From contig NC_135259.1 of NCBI RefSeq assembly GCF_964204865.1, forward strand, positions 19,902,001 through 19,966,000: 64,000 nucleotides of DNA, in the 5' to 3' direction. The notes under the pieces are model-generated. The model did no database searches, was not told the origin of the DNA, and worked only from the letters and a program-made list of their open reading frames with translations. The position numbers and the translations under genes were made by a program. This stretch comes from Styela clava (taxonomy: Eukaryota). Positions 25,164 through 36,787 of the stretch are shown piece by piece (the first letter of the stretch is position 1; each line of letters opens with the position of its first letter).

Positions 25164-25683
25164 TTTATTAAGTGATATACAATATGCTACATTTTGCTTA
25201 ATAATATAGATCTAAAAGCAAGCAAAAGAAAATACTTTATAAAGAGCTTTATCTAATCCTATTAGATAGCAATATAAATAGTGCAAGTTACAAAAAACCA
25301 TTGAAAAAAAAACTCAAAATACGGAACATTTTGATATAATTGTGTACTGGAAGAAGGGTGATCGGCAAGTGTCCAGAAAATTCGCCATAGGGGCATTAGT
25401 AAGAAAAACAGTTAGGTTTATAGGGTAAGGGTATGCTTTCAAATAACGAATCTTTTTTAAATAAGAAGGTATTTTAAAAACTTAACTGTTTACAGGTAAA
25501 CCTTTCCAGTTGCTTGCTACGACAATTGATAAATAGTGCAGACGAAAGCAAACTCATTCAACACAATAAAATCGTTCGTGTTATTGTGATGTAAATGAAA
25601 CATTATTTCTTCTCGTTGGTTAGGCACAAGAATTGTTTTGTCATAGAATGGGGGTTCGTCAAATATAATATTTTAGGATAGGG

Positions 25684-26227
25684 CAGGGGTCGGGAACCCA
25701 TGGCTCGTGAGCCATATATGGCTCTTTCGGTGACGGCATATGGCTCCCAGAAAAATCTAATATCCCAAGACTAAGCTTACTATTGTTACGAGATTACAAA
25801 CTCTTTTGTAGCCAATTTTGGCAGGAAATTCCCAATACGTTTGAGAACGCGCGTCCAGCACATGTCTATGTTATGTAAGATAATTACCAGACAGGCATTG
25901 TGACAAACAAGGGGATTCTGGAACATATATTGTGACATCACAGAGCGATAGAGTTTTAGAAACACTACGGAGGTGCCTAAACGAAAAAGGGTGATGAGTA
26001 TCGTAGATTTCAACTTGGGCTGCATGTGAGCAACCGTTCAAGGCCCGCAGCGACTACATGCAGCATCAGAAATCACATTAAATGTATATTGACATTGTAT
26101 GTGTTGACTTTTGAGTGAACATTTTAGGCCTGATTAAGTGAAAAAATGTTATATGGCTCGCACGGAAATGCAATTAAAAATATGTATATTTTATGGCTCT
26201 CTTGACCAAAAAGGTTCCCGATCCCTG
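25684..26227. mobile_element. Non-autonomous hAT-type element nested in an older MITE
   Basis: TIR CAGGGGTCGGGAACC / GGTTCCCGATCCCTG; 8-bp TSD GGATAGGG; ATGGCTC subterminal repeats. Confidence 0.85.
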
Positions 26228-26674
26228 GGATAGGGGGTCCGTGGCCCAAAAAGTTTGGGAAACAGCGAAATAGGTAAAAATAAATAGAAAAAATCAAAGG
26301 CATTATGCTGCAGTGTTTGGAGTCAAATGCATAAGATGTAAGTACAGTGGTCGGAACTTGTGCAATCATTAATAAATAAAATGAACTAACTGCTATCAGG
26401 CATATGATGAGCAAATTATGGTTTGCATAAGTATAACAGATTAAATAAGAAAAGGGCATTCCAGAAGTATGTGTGCTAACATGAAGGTAGCTGCCATAAT
26501 TTTGCTCGCCTACTTTACATCGAATTGTGTAAAGAGACTGAAACCTATGGGCAGGGGGTATATTCACTTGGCAAACATAGATGGGGAGAACTTGTAATGG
26601 AACTAAAAAAGGAAAATTGGAATAAAATTATGTCCTAACCTGGTACACATACTACAGGAGTACCAAGAAAAGTA

Positions 26675-27007
26675 CCATATTTTCTGGATAAAAAGCAGAT
26701 TTTCTGGACCCAAGATTTTTGATTTTCTAGTGTCAGTCTATACGCAACTCAACGTATTTTTGAACAAAACGAAAAACTAATTCATGGAAGAAAAGCCCTT
26801 CAGCAGGCGTATTATACCAAAAAAATGCCGTAAATGAGGAAAATAGAATCGAAAAAAAAAAGAGCGCACACATTGGTGCTTACCACACAGATAGAGAAAA
26901 AAGTACAATTTTTCTGCCCCGCTGTGATGTGGGAAAACCCTCATTTTTAATGCTGAAAACTGGCCTCAGCTTATTCACTAAATCAGCTTATTATCCAGAA
27001 AATATGG
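26675..27007. mobile_element. pogo/Tc1-type MITE
   Basis: TIR CCATATTTTCTGGATAA / TTATCCAGAAAATATGG flanked by TA. Confidence 0.75.
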
Positions 27008-29081
27008 TATGGATTCGTTTTTGGATAGAATGATATACTCTCATATACATGATAAATCAATACAAGACAAGATCAAGCAAATATGTAAAATCCTATGAAA
27101 ATAAAAAGTAGGCAGGTTTGACTTCTTGTGTTAGCAATTAACAAATAGGTATCAGGGGGATTGCTACTAAATCAGAGACCAATATGATACTATGATAAAT
27201 AGCAAAGAAGGCTGTCATTCAAACAAAAAGCCATTTTTTCGAATTCAATCTTCTTTAACGAATCCTTTTTGGCTTTCTCAAGCTGTAGTACTGAAAACAA
27301 AAGTAAAAATAAATATTGTCGCTCGCAGGCCAAAACTAAAGGTTGCAAGTCATTGGCGGGCCGCACATATTTCATGTCATTTGTCTAAATTATAATTAAA
27401 TTAACGAGTAATTGTGAATTGTATACTTGTTACGTTATAATATAATTTAGTCTACACATAAATTCTTTTGCGTAAAGAATATAATCGACAGAACAGCTAT
27501 AATTTGTTACTATAATTCAGTTAAGCGTCGCGGGCCGTAGGGTGCCGACCCCTGCTCTATGCAATAGCATCTGGTAATTTATATTCTACTTATTGCATAT
27601 TTTGGTTTTCTGAACTGTTTACTGGCAACAGTAATTTATTTGCTTAGTCATACTTGGCTTGGTTTTATTAGAGTCATGTTTTGTTGGTGGTTATCATTTC
27701 AGTGCGTACTGCTTTAAGGTGCTGGATTTGTTTGTGAAGTAATCCACTTAGTTTAATTTCCTTTTATTTTCCGAATTGTATAAACTATAAATATATTGCT
27801 AGAACCAAATCCAAAATTGGCAAAACAAAATAAAATTCAAAATAGCAGCAGGGAAATATATAGAAAATGGCCATAAACCATAAACTAACAGTCTACAGCT
27901 ACTGACCCATTTCCGAGCACCACTAAAACTGTGTACCAATGGCCGTCCTCTTTGGTCTCCTGTTCTTCAAGATTTTTGATGTTTGCGATAGCAATTTTGA
28001 ACTTTTCTGAATGATTCTCTGCTAGTTTGTTCAGAGCACCTTCGAGATCCCCCGCACTATATATGCCATGAAGCCATGGAGGAGTAGCTTGATTGTTTTA
28101 AGTACATATAAAATCTTCTCCACTGAAAATAAATAAATTTTGACTCCTGTTTCGCCAAAATTCACATTTTTGAAAAATATCTGAGTGAATTATGTTTCAC
28201 TAGTATGAGAAAGTGATGGTGAGAGTGGCAATAATCATCCGCAAGAAGCATAATAAAACGACAACGAACAATACTCTAACTCAGGGCTACTCAAATATTT
28301 TCATCAAAGGTCCGTACTCAAAATTTAAAAATTACCGGCGTCCTGTCATTCCAAGAATATTTTTTTTAGCTATGGAACAAAATTACAAATGCATCGTTTG
28401 ATAAAATACAGTAGCGAGGCTTAATATCACGCTTCAGTGTCTGTATCTTCAGTTGTGAAGCAGAGCGTGTGAAATATATACCGTATATGGAATATTTATA
28501 AGCTACAAAAACAAGCTAATGTTTACCACCTTGTCTAATAATCCGCGAAAAATATATCCAACCACTAAAACTTTAATTTTTATGTCGGAATTGACATCTT
28601 CTTGATCAGTCACAAAAGCTCTAGGAAACTTATATTACAATGACAATTTTTCCACAGTCGTTTAGCGAAAAATGCATTACATCACGATTGTGAAATAAAA
28701 AGAAACGATGCATTCGAAGTCAAGAAGCAGCTTCGGTCCTAATTTAGCACTCGGAAGGTGCGGAAAGGTTCGCCAGTTGGATAGCCCTGCTCAAACTTAC
28801 TCATCTCATCGATACTCTTCCATTGGGGTGTTTTGCAATCCAACATTCTTGTGATTTCATCGAAATATGATTTTAGTTCTTCGTTTTCCGGTCTGATTTT
28901 TCCTATAACTAAGAGAAGAGCACAAAATTTTAGAAATATTGAGATGATTGGATAAAATTAGTAGGCTTTGAAATATGGGTGAATGAATATTTTTTTTAAT
29001 AAAATTAATATACCCTGGCAATCCTATTATAACTGTAACACCATGGTGCAGTGATTGTACCCAATTAGTTGATGTCACGGC

Positions 29082-31326
29082 CAGTGGCGCAACCAGCGGG
29101 GTGGTTACGGGGGTCGTGTCCCCCCGTTTTAAAGTTTTTTTTTTCATTATTGTTCTACGTTCAAACAACGTCGTTCTACGGACATAACAATCCGGTGAAA
29201 ACTACTTTTTTCCAGTGCTTTATCACCTCGACGTAATTTAACACTGCCCGACTTCAATCATACCTTTTTGCTGTTAGTTACGTAATAATCGCTATCCCCA
29301 CGTATATGTTTGTATTCGAAAATGAGATATGTTACCTCAAAAAAGTAGAAATCGCGCGCTGTCGATGCGAATTGAAAGCGACAATAGCATAATGCTATCT
29401 TTCTCTCTCTTGTGACGAATAATCTCGTGCTTCATCATCTTGACGCAATGTAACGCCGCTCGTCTTCATGTTATAATAATGCAGTAGAAACTCTGAAAAT
29501 CTGGATACGGAAATTATTTTCGGAAAAATATTGTTTCGATTAACCTAAGATTTTCTACATATGAAAGGCCGAAAACCGAAAACGCCGAACACATCCTAAA
29601 GCCCCCGTCCACGTTCAGTTTTAAAAACATTTCACAATTATTTCATTTTTTATCGCAATCGAAAGCAGTATGTGTGGCACGGCAATAACTAACAGTCGTC
29701 GTGAAAGGTTTTCAATAAACTCCTACTTGAAGTGCTTATAAGACGTCGAGGACGTTTTTGGTTAAAAATTTTTTACATTTGTTATCGTATATTTCAATTT
29801 AGTCAAGATATGTTGTGCGCCTCAGCAATAAACTTAAAAGCAAATCCTGCCCTAATCAATTGTTTTCATCCTCAGTTTCGATAGTTATCGAACTTAACGG
29901 GAAATTTTTTAATTTCTTGCAATCTATAAAATAGCTTCTAAATATTATTTGGTTTGTATTGGAAATTTTATCGTTATCCCGACGTCGTTGATAACACTAT
30001 CTTCCATTTTAGGTTGGAGGTATTGGTTTATAATCAAAAAATTGTAACACATAACATGAAAAATTTAAATCAACGCCGACTCGTTTTTTCATCTTTATCC
30101 TCCATTATTGGCGGACGGAAATTTGGGAATCGGGTTTAACTAATTTGATTATGATGACGATGGTAAGCAAAAGTACACAAACATACCGTACCGTTCTTAG
30201 TTTTTAGTCGTTATTTCCCTGCCCTTTCTTCTTTCTATGTGCATATTAAGACCATAAAACCTGTTTTATTTTTGAACTCTGTGCTGATTTGGATACTTCA
30301 TGTCGGCTGTTATGTATTTTTGTTTGTAAATGAATACCGCTAACTTAAACTGAACGATGTTGTCATCAATGCCGGATGCCGACGAAATCCGCGATAGATA
30401 TTAAATATTATTTGAGAGCTATCTTATATGCGCTGAATTACAATAAATTTAAAAATTCCCTGTTATGTTCGGTCACTATCGAAACTGAGGATGAAAACAA
30501 CTAATTAGGACACAATTTGCCGAGGACGCCTAAACCATCTCGACTAAGTTAAAATACACGACAAGAAAATATTTTCAATCAAAAACGTCCTCGAAGTCTT
30601 ATAAGTTCTTCAAGTCGGCGTTTATCGAAATTCTTTCATGTCAGCTGTAATATATTGCCGAACCACACATGGACGATGACGCTAGGATATGTGCGCCATA
30701 TTCGGGATTGTTATAAACACGAAAAAACAGTATTCGAAGTTTGCGATATTTGAATTTAAATTCGATTTGAACATCCCTGCATTAAATTAGTCAGTTTTTA
30801 GTTGTGGTTCCAAAAAATTAGTTGTAAATTAATTATTTTAATTGTCATTATGCCTTCCGGTGAGCTTCAGTTTAGTTTAGAATTTTTCTGGGGTTAGGGT
30901 CGGGAAAAGGTCCATTCGCAAGAAGTGCATTTTGTTTTTAGTCTTGACGAATTCACCCAACGAGCATGGCGCGGCACGAGGGAAACACTGGAATTCATTC
31001 AAGCCGTGTTTCACTATCCACGAGGCGCAAAGCGAGGGAAACGTTGAAAATAGTTAACAGCTTTTCGTTAGCAATTCGCTGGAATGTAATGAATGGTGTT
31101 TTGCTACCCACGAGATGCAAGACATAGCGAAGCGCCGTTAATGAACGAGGGCAAGATAAGCGAAAGGCTGGGATTTAATCGATGGCGTTTCCCTTTTAAC
31201 CACGAGCAATTTATCGTGTTTCAGTGGGGCGACACCTAGTGGCGTTGCGACTTACGTCGTGGTTGCACTGTGTAAATTCCGGTCGGACCCCTCCCCCCCG
31301 TTGAAAACGGCCTGGTTGCGCCACTG
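29082..31326. mobile_element. 2.2-kb non-autonomous hAT-type element with internal foldback
   Basis: TIR CAGTGGCGCAACCAG / CTGGTTGCGCCACTG; 8-bp TSD GTCACGGC; no long ORF; internal inverted arms at about 29672-29950 and 30400-30669. Confidence 0.85.
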
Positions 31327-31815
31327 GTCACGGCACAAATATTTCGGGCTCAAACCCCACCACTTTATTTGGAGTATATTAAATTGGGTGATTATTGGGT
31401 AGTGCCGAGCGAGAAAGATACTGGTCCTCCATTAGCAGCTTATTTCTTAGTAAATAGTTGCTTGCAGTCAGTTTTGCTCAAAGTGAGAATGACTATTGGA
31501 GCCATAAGTTAGTAGGAGATTTCTTGAGTGGTTTAGAACTCTCAAAAAATGTTTTTTAGGGCTCTTCAGAAGTTTATGTACCAATATGGAGGTAACTAAT
31601 CTTGTTTGGCTATTTTACATCAAGTTGTGCAAAGGGACTGAAACCTATGGGAATGAGGGAATAGAACCGAAATAAGGAAAATCAGATTTAAATTATGGCA
31701 TAATCCTAACCTGGCACGCACAGCACAAGAATATCAGAATTAGCGTCAAAATTCGACTGAAACTAGAGATTCGATCGTGCCACAGCTCTGGTTTTTCCAT
31801 ATCATCAAAATTTAC

Positions 31816-32053
31816 GATACTCCCGAAGTAGGCTAAGTAGGCTATGTGATTTAGGATGGCGGACACCAGAACGTAGTATGTGTACCAGGTTAGGGTCCGG
31901 CCATAATTTCAGGTACAAATACTACAGGAGTCACTTGGCTAGTCCCAGAACTCGATATAGGAAAAATTGGAATGAAATTATGGCCTAACCTTTGCCTGGT
32001 ACTCATACTATGTTCCGGTGTCCGCCATCTTGGTTCACATACTTCGGAGTACC
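31816..32053. mobile_element. Palindromic MITE family B (~235 bp, long TIRs, TTAGGG-like motifs)
   Basis: Long TIRs TACTCCCGAAGTA..GATGGCGGACACC..GGTTAGGG. Other copies at about 18863-19057, 19158-19265, 20682-20877, 22320-22495, 53455-53654, 54323-54558, 56190-56344 (TSD TAAAAATG). Confidence 0.85.
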
Positions 32054-33659
32054 GAGGATTGTTATCCACTGATATTCAAATGATATCACAAGATTATCAT
32101 CCAAATAATATAAAATATCATACTTTTAAATAATAATTCGGCTAACTCCCTATTTTTAAGTTTCTCTGGAACCCATTCAGGAACCCTAAAATCCAATATT
32201 CCACTGTTTCTGAAATCATCACCTAAAATGACGAAAAATTAACTTAGATTAAATTAGAGTGTGCACGCATGTCTAAACCATTAAATTTAGCTATGATAAT
32301 GCAAAGATAAAAAAAAGATTGTTGTTTTCCCATGTAAACAGCTTGTAAGGCGAAATCTGACTTTTGTGAGACAGAACGTTACAGAATAGGATTTACAGAT
32401 TCATCTCGGGAGAGAGGAAAGTCAATAACACGGTTCAACCATATGACGAACCACGGCCTTTCATCCGGTTACCATTCCATGTCTTACAAGCGTGATACAT
32501 TCAATATAACTGTTTTGATCCTTGCCATAGGCTGTATCCTTGCAGTCAATGCATACAAATCCACTATCCATAGGGGAGCACTTCTATAATCAATCATATA
32601 TGCTTACCACTATTTTTATATATTTTTAATAAAAGTAGAATATTATATCTGACTATCATATGCTAATCCCTTGAAAAACATATTATCGATAAATTTGACC
32701 ACAGTAATTATTCTTAAAATTAAATTGATAATGTTTGAATCCCAAATCAGATATAACAGAATCAGACTTACCTTCAGGCACTGACTTATCTAATTGAGGC
32801 ACATGTGTATTCCAGTCAGTAGCAGCCCTCCCAAGTGTTGTCAATATACTGATCTGCTTCAAAGCATGATCTTGAAATTAAAAAAAATAAGATTAGGATG
32901 GGATTTGGTGACTCAGACATGGAAAAAATCAAAGATCATTTCTCGAGCAAAATTATTTACTTTCATTTACACAATGAAGTGATATAATCAATAAATTTAA
33001 ACTACAGAGCTACCGGTTGGTAGGATAGGTTTATCTTTAGGTCGGACGGGAGAGGAAAGCTGATCATATGGCTTGATCAGAGTCTCTCAAGTATCAGTCT
33101 TTCGTACGGTTAACAGTCTATGTGAGGTATGGGATTAGTTAGCCAGTTATTTGTTTCAGATGCATGAACTTGGCAGAGTAAGTCGCACCGTAAGCGACGG
33201 CATGATGGCAAGCATACTCCTAGCCCTTAGCATTTAATGTAAAGTGTACTCACAAAGCTCAGTCATTTCAACCATATTCCACAGATAGAAATTATTGTCC
33301 AGAGATTGACCAGATTGGAATATTTTCATGAGGTGATTTCCGGAAAGACATTGGGCTTGATCCTCTTGTTTTTCCTCAACAAAGTCGTTGAATAACTCAA
33401 TTATTTTGCCTCGAACTTTCTGAAACTCCATATCCCCATAATTGGGAAATTTTTCATTCACCAATTTGAAAGCCAATGCCCATGCAATAAACACAGCGAT
33501 GAACCTATGTAAGTAAGTACAATAATTAGACTAGTTCAATGGTTCTGTTGCAACCAGGGATGGGGAATTTGAATTGAGTATTCGAATATCGGAATTAACG
33601 TTTATTAGAATATGGGATTTTTGTGTGACATCATGTTCTTCAAATGAAAACTTTGTCGA

Positions 33660-34710
33660 TAAAAATTGTATCTCGTATTGTACAATTTTATGTCATACAT
33701 TGAAAATACTTATATAGAATACTAGTAAATCAAAATACAAATTCACGGCCTCGAAATCCACGCCGAACAGTCGCCGCGATTATGCCACTCGTTGAAAGAG
33801 CCGACTTTTTGAACGAAAAATGATTTTTCTCTTGTGCAAGGTAATCTATCAATGACCGATACGGGCATATTCAAAATGTCTTGCTTTATTAATTTTTTTG
33901 TCTTCAATTTAACCTGCGGTTGCGTCGACAAAACATGAGCCACTCTAAAACCCCACGGCAATCCGCGACTTGAAAATGTGTGGCAAACTGCCTGGATTAT
34001 ATATTGTTTTGATCTGTATTTTTGCTATCTTGTGAATTCGATAAATTTGAGATGTACTTGTAACACTGACTCCGCTCAATCGCAATGTTGCCACTCTGAT
34101 TATTTTTAAAGATAGAACCTTTCAAGAAATCAGTAAATCTGCTGTAATTATCTTATACATCATCACAAGTTGAGGAAAAGTCACGTTCTCCACCATATTT
34201 AATGTTAACACCAAAATTTTCGACATCAATTTTATAGTAATAGATAAAAAGGCAAATATCGATATAATTAACCGTGTTTCTATTTTAGTGACGATATGTT
34301 TCTAAACGCCAACCAAACAATTTTGCGATTTTTGATGCCTAGAAAAGCGTTTTTAGACTGTTGCCGGGCTTAACAAAACTTATATTGTTTACGGTTATTA
34401 ATTTTTAGTATTTTATATTGGCGCCTCTCAATCAAAAATATAGGTCTCGGATTTACTCCTTCATTTGTCTTTAGAATCTCACGGCGATGAACTTATAATA
34501 ACTGTCACTGGATTCATAATTCTATGTGAGTACAAAAATAAAATAATTATCATCGTTATGGTGGCACAAATTTTCTACAAATTTGTGATTTAGAGAGTAG
34601 AAAAGCCACTGTGAAAGCGTTTATGGCCTGAACACGTCATGAAGATGAAAACAATTAAACGATTTTAGCAAAAAGCAATTACACGCGTTATTGGCGACTT
34701 TTTCAGTTTA
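33660..34710. repeat. ~1-kb dispersed repeat, inverted copy at ~42545-43560
   Basis: For example GAGCCGACTTTTTGAACGAAAAATGATTTTT (33799) versus AAAAATCATTTTTCGTTGAAAAAGTCGGCTC (~43420). Colinear inverted similarity extends over about 1 kb; boundaries are approximate. Confidence 0.8.
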
Positions 34711-36787
34711 TTACATAAATTTTTAAAAGGGGGGTTTCGACCCGGAACCTATTCCCCTGCTATGGAACTTACCCACACTCGTTCCGTCCTTGTTCCCTGG
34801 AGTTTTCGTGGTAGTAAACGTCAAAAGGTGTTTTTTCCTTCAAACGTGTTATCATATCCAGTACCTCCGGGCTCGAAGGTGGAGAATCGCAAACCAGGAT
34901 CATTCTGCAGATGTTAATTAGTAAAAATTGATGAACGGAAAATAAAGTACAAGTGTTAACCTAACGGTTATAATCTTCAACCCGCTCGTGTTCACATTTC
35001 AAGTGAACGGTCTTGAGTTCGACCCCCATATCTCACAAGACAGGTGAGAGATATTAGGATGAAGACGTCTGATCCACTTTCTAATTGCCATTAAATGTAG
35101 TCCAGGAATTAGGAAATAAAATGAAGTAAAAATTGTCATTTGAATGGATTTCTTAATAGAAACTACTCAGACATATGGAAAAACTATAGAGGGCTATTAT
35201 GATACCATAATGAAAACAGGATAGAAAAAGAGATTAACGTGAGGTTGATATATGAGCAATGATTTACACTCAATCAACATCCGTTGCTCTTCTAGTAAGT
35301 AGTATTTCGGTGAATCTCCAGTCCTATCTTTTCCCACATACCCTTTCATTGCCTTTTGTCTTTGAACCAGTTTAAAGAACTCCTCCAGACTAATTATATT
35401 TTCTTGGTTTCTTGTTGATGAAGAAGGTTGAGGGCTGAAAAACAAAAGCGTTAAACAAAAGATAACGAAATAAATGTGTTATTCCTTATTATATTTTTCA
35501 TGACGTTTACTTGCTTTGAACAAGGCCCAGTACAAGCAGTCACTGATATCCTGCAGGGCATCGTGTCACCCATTGAATAGTTACAGAGTTCAACAAGCTT
35601 ATCCCGAGGCGTAATAAATTAGGTAATCAATGCAGAATCATATTTAAGGATTTTAAGTCAAAAATACTACAGAAAAGCGAAATGTTAGCATAAACTTACC
35701 CATCTCCCGCACTTTCCTCTCTAGTATCCCCTCTAGGCTATAAATTGAGAAATAGAATTTTATAAGTTGATTACAAAACAAATAGAGCACAGCAATTCAG
35801 GTTTGAAACACTGTAATTACTGGAAAATTAAGAAAGAGACAATCGCAATTGAAATCACACATACTAGTACACATCTAGCGTACTAATGAAAATGGTAGAT
35901 TTCAGATTTCATTGGATACCAAACAAATTGAAATAAAACTTCAAAACATAATATTCTAGACTAGTAAGGATTAGACCAGTTAGGTTTGGTCTTACTATAG
36001 TTCAGTAGATATTGTTTATTTGTGATACTCTGCTTATAACGAACAAATTGGAATAAAACAAACCCAACAGTTGAAAAAACTATCAAGACGTAAACTCGTA
36101 AAGTTTAAGAGGAAAATGTATCTGCTCATCTATTCAAACAAAGCATTTTATTTAGTAATAAAAATTGAAATTTTCAGAAAACTGAAAAAATTCTGGGATT
36201 TCAAAGTCTGAAGCTGCTCACATTCACAACGAAGGGATTTCCATAATGTGCAGGGTTCATTTTCAAATCCTTCAGATTCCAAGACTTCAAGACAACCAAA
36301 ACTGTAGATCTCCGGATCTTTGGATCTAGTGTACAGTTGATGAGATCTGGTTGAATCGTCCCAAACACAGTAACTTCATCATATTAGAGGTAATTTAGAT
36401 TAACATGAAAAACATTGTAAAAATAATTAAAAACAGAAAAATACCAATAGATATGATAATACAGTATGGTACACTATCTAAATTCCAAGAATTTCCCTCC
36501 ATTTGGTCCAATAAAACAAACACTTTCATTGAATTCTCCATTTTAAATTTAGGTTTGTTATGGAGTTTTCGAAATAAACTATCTATCTATCTATCTATCT
36601 AAATTCCATTTTTAACCACTGAAAATTTCAAAGCAACTGGTCCAGTAATCAAAGAGAGAAGCGATTTCTTAAAAACGTGTCGAAGAACAAGAGAGCAATG
36701 CTCAAATATATAGACACGCAGACAATTCCCCAAAAATCATATGCAGTGACTTACCAGTACCTGTATCGGGGTACGGTACAGGGACTG

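Noticed and set aside
27190-27300. Additional terminal exon of the protease-like gene (LQLEKAKKDSLKKIEFEK)
   Set aside because: It is open only in phase 1, which is incompatible with the exon F donor in the His frame, and it adjoins a MITE, so support is insufficient.
34960-35100. A His-containing exon directly upstream of exon A that would give the protease a normal order
   Set aside because: All three minus-strand frames contain stops and none has an HW-type motif.
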